Assembly (NCBI RefSeq): GCF_001481685.1
Contig: NZ_CP006867.1
Location: forward strand, 660,001-692,000
Origin: Ignicoccus islandicus DSM 13165
GTDB taxonomy: Archaea > Thermoproteota > Thermoprotei_A > Sulfolobales > Ignicoccaceae
DNA length: 32,000 nt
Direction of reading: 5' to 3'
This document shows positions 26,258 through 32,000 of this stretch, one piece after another. A program made the position numbers and the translations under genes. Position 1 is the first letter of the stretch. Each line of letters opens with the position of its first letter. The notes below the pieces were generated by a model. That model saw only the letters and a program-made list of their open reading frames with translations, had not been told where the DNA came from and did no database searches.

Positions 26258-26579
26258 TCATAGAAGCTATGAAAGCTATATCGAAAGCGACATTTATTAG
26301 GAACTTATATAGGAAATCTATTGCTAGCAGAACTATGCCTAGTGTTAAGTACGCTTTAACCGGTCCAGCCTCCTTTATCAAGTAAGAGCCTAGGGCTCCC
26401 ATGAGTGTATAATACACCGTCTTGGAAAACAATGAAGCAACGAATCCCCTAAAACCCAATTCACCGCCGTAAGCAATAAGGAAGAAGGTCCCAACCGAAA
26501 GAGCCAATGGTAACGATACTAAAAATGAAATAATGAACCTCTCAAAGCCGCTAACGGGTATAGCTCTTGGATGAGCCAA
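26223..26579 (-). CDS. Hypothetical integral membrane protein (118 aa, about 4 TM)
   Basis: Four hydrophobic segments. TTG start abuts the divergent aglH start. Converges with the 90-aa ORF, overlapping by 35 nt. Confidence 0.42.
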   Translation of the reverse strand: MAHPRAIPVSGFERFIISFLVSLPLALSVGTFFLIAYGGELGFRGFVASLFSKTVYYTLMGALGSYLIKEAGPVKAYLTLGIVLLAIDFLYKFLINVAFDIAFIASMIIVLEASQEAS

Positions 26580-27589
26580 TGCTTTTAGCCTCTATGATAG
26601 CGGCGATAACGGGGTTTATCACTACCTACTACGTAACTATGAAATGGATTAGGCTAGCTAAAAGGGTCGGGTTAGTTGGTAAAGACATGAACAAACCTAA
26701 TGAAGTAATGGTACCGGAGGCCGGTGGTGTTGGGTTCGTTATGGGTTCAGCTCTCGCTATCTCTTTAATGATAGGAATAGAGGTTTTCGTCTTAGGGGTC
26801 AGGAATTACACAGTCTACTTGTTGGCCTCTCTCTCAGTACTACTGATGGCAGCTTTCGTGGGCTTCATTGATGACATACTTGGCTGGAAGAAAGGCCTTT
26901 CGCATAAGGCTAAGGTACTATCGACTATCCCTATAGCTATACCTCTAATGGCCGTCAAGGCTGGCACGTCCGTAATGAACATACCTTTCATAGGTCCTAT
27001 AGACTTCGGCATATTTTATTCACTCGTGATAGTTCCAATAGGAGTCGTTGGCGCTTCCAATGCTTTCAACATATTGGCAGGTCTTAATGGCTTAGAAGCA
27101 TCCATGGCTATAATAATATTCTCTACACTAGCTATAGTTGCTTTTCATCATGGGGCCATGCTAGCGTGCGCTCTCTCAATAATACTAACCGCTTCTGCAA
27201 TAGCCTTTCTCCTATGGAATAAGTATCCCGCTAAGGTGTTTCCTGGAGACGTTTTCACTTATTCCGTTGGTGCGATGGTAGCTACAATAGCTATACTAGG
27301 GAATCTTGAAGGCGCAGCCTTAATTCTGTACGCACCCTACTTCTTAGAGTTCGCTTTATACGTTCGAGGCAAGTTAAATGGAATAGAGAAAGAATGCTGG
27401 GGCAAGCCCGTTAACGGATGTTTAGAACCGCTTTACGATAAAATATACAGTGTTACTCATCTGTTAATGGTAGTCTTAAAGAAGATAAAAGGTTGTGCAA
27501 CCGAAAAGGACGTCGTCATACTATTAGATGTTATAGAAATAGCGATAGCCCTCGTAGTCATATACATATATGTAATCGCTTGGCATTAG
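26579..27589 (+). CDS. aglH: UDP-GlcNAc:dolichyl-phosphate GlcNAc-1-phosphate transferase (AglH, GT4/MraY-WecA superfamily)
   Basis: VPEAGGVGFV, GFIDDILG, NAFNILAGLNGLEA and VFPGDVFTYSVG motifs, about 10 TM. I prefer ATG 26579 over TTG 26567. Confidence 0.87.
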   Translation: MLLASMIAAITGFITTYYVTMKWIRLAKRVGLVGKDMNKPNEVMVPEAGGVGFVMGSALAISLMIGIEVFVLGVRNYTVYLLASLSVLLMAAFVGFIDDILGWKKGLSHKAKVLSTIPIAIPLMAVKAGTSVMNIPFIGPIDFGIFYSLVIVPIGVVGASNAFNILAGLNGLEASMAIIIFSTLAIVAFHHGAMLACALSIILTASAIAFLLWNKYPAKVFPGDVFTYSVGAMVATIAILGNLEGAALILYAPYFLEFALYVRGKLNGIEKECWGKPVNGCLEPLYDKIYSVTHLLMVVLKKIKGCATEKDVVILLDVIEIAIALVVIYIYVIAWH

Positions 27590-27712
27590 AGCGCGAACAT
27601 CCGATGAAGACCGATGGGCGGACTGAAGAACTCATGTGGATACATTGTAGCGCCGAGGAGCCCTTCATCACTTATATATTTCTATTAAGATAAAGCATAT
27701 AGGTTGGAGATC

Positions 27713-28540
27713 ATGATAATTCGTAGAGTGAAAACTGGAGTTCCTGGAATGGACGAAATACTTTACGGAGGAATTCCCGAAAGGAACGTAGTTCTCTTAA
27801 GCGGAGGTCCTGGTACTGGGAAGAGCATATTCTCTCAACAATTCTTGTGGTATGGCCTTCAGCAAGGCGAACCAGGCATCTACGTGGCTCTAGAGGAACA
27901 CCCTGTTCAAATAAAGAGAAATATGATTCAATTCGGATGGGATGTTAGGCCCTATGAAAAGAAGGGCATGTTCGCCATCGTTGATGCCTTTACCGGAGGC
28001 ATTGGCGAGACCGCAAAGAGGGAGAAGTACGTAGTTAGAGATCCAACCGATGTGGGCTTGCTTGTAGATGTAATAAAGGAGGCCATAAGGGATACTGGTG
28101 CGAAGCGAGCTGCAATAGACTCCGTTTCAACCTTGTACCTAACTAAACCTGTAATAGCTAGGAGCGTCGTCATGCAACTCAAGAGGGTGCTCAGCGGTTT
28201 AGGCCTCACTAGCATTCTCGTAAGCCAAGTATCTGCCCAAGAGAGGGGATTCGGCGGGCCCGGTGTTGAGCACGCGGCTGACGGTATAATAAGACTTGAT
28301 CTGGATGAGTACGACGGAGAACTTTACAGGTCGCTAATTGTATGGAAAATGAGGGGAACGAAACACTCCATGAGACGTCACCCCTTCGATATAACCGATC
28401 ACGGTTTGATAGTGTATTACAACAAAGTTCTAAGGGTAAGAGGTGGTAGAGCTTTCATCGAACAACTTCCTGAGAAAGTAGTGGAAGAGATGGAGAAGGC
28501 TGCACAGAAGGTTGAAGACGTCTATGAAGAAGCCGAATAA
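27713..28540 (+). CDS. KaiC-like (RecA-superfamily) single-domain ATPase
   Basis: [41 protein letters not shown] (Walker A), AAIDSVS (Walker B-like) and [14 protein letters not shown] follows GGTTGGAG SD and a TTATATATTT box. Confidence 0.85.
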   Translation: MIIRRVKTGVPGMDEILYGGIPERNVVLLSGGPGTGKSIFSQQFLWYGLQQGEPGIYVALEEHPVQIKRNMIQFGWDVRPYEKKGMFAIVDAFTGGIGETAKREKYVVRDPTDVGLLVDVIKEAIRDTGAKRAAIDSVSTLYLTKPVIARSVVMQLKRVLSGLGLTSILVSQVSAQERGFGGPGVEHAADGIIRLDLDEYDGELYRSLIVWKMRGTKHSMRRHPFDITDHGLIVYYNKVLRVRGGRAFIEQLPEKVVEEMEKAAQKVEDVYEEAE

Positions 28541-28575
28541 ACCTCCTTTCGACACATGTCAATCGGCTGAGGAAA

Positions 28576-28770
28576 TTGAAGTGCTTGAATTACAATAAGT
28601 TCCTAGTTTCTCTAGTAATTGCTGGTTTGATCTCAACCGTAATAGGCTATGGCCTCCTTGGTTACTACTTCGCCCTCAATGTATTCATATCGTCTTTATC
28701 TTTCGCTCTAGCTCTAATAGTTTCAACCTTCGTTGTTGAGGTGATATGTAATTGGAGCGGATATTGTTAA
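28576..28770 (+). CDS. Hypothetical small membrane protein (64 aa, 2 TM)
   Basis: TTG start follows CTGAGGA. Two hydrophobic helices. 3' end overlaps the subtilase start by 19 nt. Confidence 0.35.
   Translation: MKCLNYNKFLVSLVIAGLISTVIGYGLLGYYFALNVFISSLSFALALIVSTFVVEVICNWSGYC
28738..28744 (+). promoter_or_regulatory. Shine-Dalgarno element for the subtilase gene
   Basis: GAGGTGA lies 7 nt upstream of TTG 28752 and matches the archaeal anti-SD complement (GGTGA core). Confidence 0.5.
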
Positions 28771-30140
28771 CGTTCTTCTTAATCCTCTTGCTATCGTTCT
28801 CAGCTTCTGCTGAGGTAATTCAATTGAAGGACATTGGTTGGATTTACGGTCCTAACGGCCTCACTGCCATTAGGGGTGGTGGGAATCCCATTCGCGAATT
28901 GCTACTCGATAATTACGTTGCCAGTCACGTTGCGCAATCGTCCTCTGGTTCTTGTAAATACGGTTGGTGGAGCGAGGTACTAGGCGTTAGTTACGCTAGG
29001 GACCACGGTCTCGATGGTACTGGAGTCAAGGTATTGGTAATAGACAGTGGCGTTGATGATAACGTTTTGCAAGAAGCATTAGGGAGGAAGATTGATTATC
29101 ACTTCAATGCAGCTTATGAAGTATACAAGGACTTATGTTTAGGCAATTTGACTATTAATGGCATTGAATATTGCTATATAGATAAGTACAAGTTGGACTC
29201 TTGGCGAACGGAATACGTGGCAATTCCTCTCTCCCCAGTTGACGAGATAGGTCATGGTACGGCTGTGGCGGCAACGGTCCTTTCAGTTGCACCGAACGTA
29301 ACCCTTTACTCGGCAAAGGTTAACATAGACCTAATTGATATTGACGATCGAGGAAATGTATACATCATTCAAAGCCTCCTTGATCCACTTGCCATTCACT
29401 GGGCCCTTGCGAAAGCAGTCTACGGCCCTGATGGAGTACCGAATACAAATGACGATGTTGACGTGGTTAACATGAGTCTGGGTGGCGTAATTTATCCATT
29501 GCCTTCATATCTTTCCGTAATAAACCTCGGAGACGAGCTGTTAGCTTGGTATATATTCAAACAACCAATTAGCGAAAATAGTAACAGAGTATTATTTGTA
29601 GCATCAGCTGGGAATTCGGGCGATAGGGTCGTTTCAATACCGGCAATAGTCGAAGAGGTAGTAGGTGTTTCTGCATTAGAGTATTACAACGGCGAATGGA
29701 AATTGGCTTCCTTTAGTACTACGGGATTAGGCGTAGACTTCGCGTCACTTGGTTCCGGTCTGTACTTACCTGTACCTAAGGATTCCCTCATTGCTAGGTT
29801 GATTACAGACGGATGTGGTACTGAAGGTAACTACACTAAGTGGGTTAGACTAGACGGCACGTCGTTTTCGTCACCCCTCGTCGCTGGAATAGCTGCCTTA
29901 TGGAAGCAATACACTAATGCAGAAGGAAACGAACTTTTCAAGATATTAGCGAACCATGCAATGGACGTTCTATCTAGTGGAAAGGATCTAGAAAGCGGTT
30001 ACGGCGTACCAATTGCTCCGTTCTACGAACCTCCCAACAGTAGTCAAGTTAGCTCGAGCGTGCCCTCAACTCCTCTAGCAGTATTCCTTTACCCCTTACT
30101 TAGATCTATTAGGAACTATATGATAAGGAAAATCAGGTAG
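28752..30140 (+). CDS. Secreted subtilisin-like serine protease (peptidase S8)
   Basis: Signal peptide MERILLTFFLILLLSFSASA. Catalytic motifs in D-H-S order: VLVIDSGVD, GHGTAVAATV, oxyanion SAGNSG and GTSFSSPLVAGIAAL. Ser-rich linker, then a short hydrophobic and basic C-terminus. Confidence 0.9.
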   Translation: MERILLTFFLILLLSFSASAEVIQLKDIGWIYGPNGLTAIRGGGNPIRELLLDNYVASHVAQSSSGSCKYGWWSEVLGVSYARDHGLDGTGVKVLVIDSGVDDNVLQEALGRKIDYHFNAAYEVYKDLCLGNLTINGIEYCYIDKYKLDSWRTEYVAIPLSPVDEIGHGTAVAATVLSVAPNVTLYSAKVNIDLIDIDDRGNVYIIQSLLDPLAIHWALAKAVYGPDGVPNTNDDVDVVNMSLGGVIYPLPSYLSVINLGDELLAWYIFKQPISENSNRVLFVASAGNSGDRVVSIPAIVEEVVGVSALEYYNGEWKLASFSTTGLGVDFASLGSGLYLPVPKDSLIARLITDGCGTEGNYTKWVRLDGTSFSSPLVAGIAALWKQYTNAEGNELFKILANHAMDVLSSGKDLESGYGVPIAPFYEPPNSSQVSSSVPSTPLAVFLYPLLRSIRNYMIRKIR

Positions 30141-30192
30141 CGTTTTAACTAATACGTCCTTCCGCTCCTTGACTGATAGAGGCGAGAAGCAA

Positions 30193-31116
30193 GTGAACGA
30201 CCTCGAGCTATACTTGAAGGCCGGTGAGGCCGTTTCCAAGGCTCTTGAACGAGGTTTCGAGTTAGTAAAACCCAACGCGAGCGTTCTGGAGATATGCGAA
30301 GAAGTGGAAGACGTTATTAGGAAACTGTCAGATGGTCCAGCCTTCCCATGTAACCTGAGCGTTTCCTATGAAGCGGCGCACTATTCACCTATACCAGACG
30401 ACAACAAGAAACTGCCCGAGAAAGGTATAGTAAAACTTGACTTAGGCGCACATGTACAAGGCAGGATAGCGGATGCAGCTATAAGCATTGTTCTAGACGA
30501 AAGCGTTAAGAAGCACGTGAAACTGTCTAACGCCGTTAAAATGGCATTACATAGAGCTATCGAGAAAGTCAAACCGAACGTACCGGTCGCTCTAATCGGT
30601 TCTACCATTAACTATACGCTTAAGAAGGAGGGTTTCAAGCCTATCAGGAACTTAGGTGGACACAGTCTGGGTTTGTACTTAGTTCACTCGGGCGTAAGCA
30701 TTCCCAACGTACCGGAGAGACTACCATTTAGATTAGAGAAAGGAGGTGCTTATGCAATAGAACCGTTCGGTACGGATGGTGCGGGATACGTTGTAGAGGG
30801 AGAAGAAGTAACGATATTCTCGCTAAATCCTCGACCCCCGAAACACTCCTTACTAAAGGTAAGCGATGAGGAGAAACATTTAATGGTTGAAATAGAAAAT
30901 AGGTTCAAGACGTTACCATTCTCTCCGCGATGGCTGCTAGACGTTTACCCCTATGATAGACTGATCGAAATATTAGCGTCATTGACCAAGAAGGGAATTC
31001 TGATAGATTACCCCGTGTTACTAGAGGCGAAGAGAGGAGAAGTAGCTCAATGGGAACACACTATACTTATAACTGATAAGGAAGCGATCGTCACCACGAA
31101 GACTTCTTTGCATTGA
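30193..31116 (+). CDS. map: Methionine aminopeptidase, type 2 (archaeal)
   Basis: AGEAV...AFPCNLSV...AAHYSP...KLDLGAHVQGRIADAA...GHSLG...IEPF...EHTILIT is the metal-ligand pattern of MetAP2. I prefer GTG 30193 (after GAGG; gives an N-terminus aligned with known archaeal MAPs) over TTG 30169. Confidence 0.9.
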   Translation: MNDLELYLKAGEAVSKALERGFELVKPNASVLEICEEVEDVIRKLSDGPAFPCNLSVSYEAAHYSPIPDDNKKLPEKGIVKLDLGAHVQGRIADAAISIVLDESVKKHVKLSNAVKMALHRAIEKVKPNVPVALIGSTINYTLKKEGFKPIRNLGGHSLGLYLVHSGVSIPNVPERLPFRLEKGGAYAIEPFGTDGAGYVVEGEEVTIFSLNPRPPKHSLLKVSDEEKHLMVEIENRFKTLPFSPRWLLDVYPYDRLIEILASLTKKGILIDYPVLLEAKRGEVAQWEHTILITDKEAIVTTKTSLH

Positions 31117-31131
31117 TCTTACGGTGAGAGG

Positions 31132-32000
31132 TTGTTCGGAGAATGGTTCTTGTTAAGGCCTGATGCAATAAGTGTGTGGAAGGATCCTGAAGTAAATAGA
31201 AGACTGAAATGGTATAAATCAGTAATGCTTAACAAGAGGCAAGCGAAGTTCCTAATAGCTAGGTCGATCCCGAGCGGTTATACCTTCAAAGAATTAACGA
31301 AACTAACAGAGGAAGAACTCTGGAGACTACACTCATCCTTAAAGAAGGAATTCTCGTATAAGTGGGAAGAGGCTAGGAAGGGCGAATGGTTCAAAACAGT
31401 AGAAGGTAACTTCCTAGACTTGAAGGCCGTTCTTGTACGGAAACTGGTATCGCCGAAATGTCGCTTGTGCGAAAGGCGTTGCAACGTTGATCGATCAAAG
31501 AGAATAGGTGCTTGTTTCGTTGACGATAAAGTTTACGTGCATTCGGCGTTTCTTCATTTAGGCGAGGAAGCGCCGTTGGTACCGTCAGGCACCATTTTCT
31601 ACGGGGGTTGTCCGTTTAAGTGCGTCTTTTGTCAGAATTGGGACGTGAGTCAAGCTAACGCTAGGAACGGACAGATTACGTACGCGAAAGAACTTGCTAG
31701 AATACAAGAAGGTCTTAGATTAGAGGGAGCTAGGAACGTGAATCACGTAGGTGGAGATCCTATTCCATCAGCTCACGAAATAGTTTCTTCAATGAGATTT
31801 TTGAACGTAAACGTTCCACAACTATGGAACAGCAACATGTATATGACTTCCGAATTGATGGATATAATAGAGGATCTGATAGACATATGGCTCCCCGACT
31901 TCAAATACTGGAACGATAATTGCGCATTGAGACTCTCAGGTGTGAAGAATTATAGAGAAGTGGTCACTAGAAACATCGAAAGAGCCTCAAAGAGCGGAGA
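31132..32000 (+). CDS. Radical SAM protein, PflX-like (COG1313), 3' end outside window
   Basis: The frame is open from 31117 to the window end, so it is absent from the ORF track. Translation contains CRLCERRC..., GACF and the radical-SAM cluster GGCPFKCVFCQNWD, followed by NHVGGDP. Start is uncertain: TTG 31132, GTG 31174 or ATG 31225. Confidence 0.8.
   Translation, partial: MFGEWFLLRPDAISVWKDPEVNRRLKWYKSVMLNKRQAKFLIARSIPSGYTFKELTKLTEEELWRLHSSLKKEFSYKWEEARKGEWFKTVEGNFLDLKAVLVRKLVSPKCRLCERRCNVDRSKRIGACFVDDKVYVHSAFLHLGEEAPLVPSGTIFYGGCPFKCVFCQNWDVSQANARNGQITYAKELARIQEGLRLEGARNVNHVGGDPIPSAHEIVSSMRFLNVNVPQLWNSNMYMTSELMDIIEDLIDIWLPDFKYWNDNCALRLSGVKNYREVVTRNIERASKSG

Noticed and set aside
27665-27671. 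Perfect C box (GTGATGA) on the minus strand, suggesting a C/D sRNA
   Set aside because: No CUGA (TCAG on the plus strand) occurs anywhere in the 27590-27700 spacer, so no D or D' box can be assigned.
27493-27693. 66-aa ORF overlapping the aglH 3' end and the GC-rich spacer
   Set aside because: It is out of frame inside a well-supported gene and has an Arg/Cys/His-rich unnatural composition. The spacer is better explained as RNA structure.
31114-31134. The map stop codon (TGA 31114-16) and the downstream radical-SAM ORF are in the same frame, only 5 codons apart, raising possible read-through or fusion
   Set aside because: MetAP ends at its normal C-terminus (...EHTILIT...VTT), and the two families are unrelated stand-alone enzymes. 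Same-frame adjacency occurs by chance one time in three.

Overview
Gene-dense housekeeping segment (roughly 90% coding) from a thermophilic archaeon, probably Thermoproteota/Crenarchaeota. Support for this: archaeal-type GAPDH, aIF2-beta, ribosomal protein L14e, RNase P proteins Rpp21 and Rpp30, Trm1, TruD/Pus7, a four-subunit 2-oxoacid:ferredoxin oxidoreductase operon, AglH, archaeal MetAP, and very GC-rich tRNA genes in an AT-richer background. All tRNA genes encode CCA and one carries a 29-nt intron at position 37/38. I saw no CRISPR array, IS element, integrase or rRNA. Many ORF-track starts are TTG/GTG longest-ORF starts, so I moved several to better-supported ATG or SD-preceded starts. 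Most interesting: (1) a 1232-aa secreted protein whose last ~900 aa are almost entirely Thr/Ile/Val/Leu/Ser/Lys, which I cannot assign to a family; (2) a 58-nt tRNA-like element just downstream of tRNA-Arg, with acceptor stem, T arm and CCA but no D arm or anticodon loop (possible split-tRNA 3' half, pseudogene or att remnant); (3) three GC-rich, foldable intergenic islands that may be small RNAs, one of them a compact four-way junction; (4) a KaiC-like ATPase, small membrane protein and secreted subtilase cluster; (5) an RHH/coiled-coil protein upstream of a MacB-type ABC exporter. All family calls come from motifs read by eye; no database search was possible.
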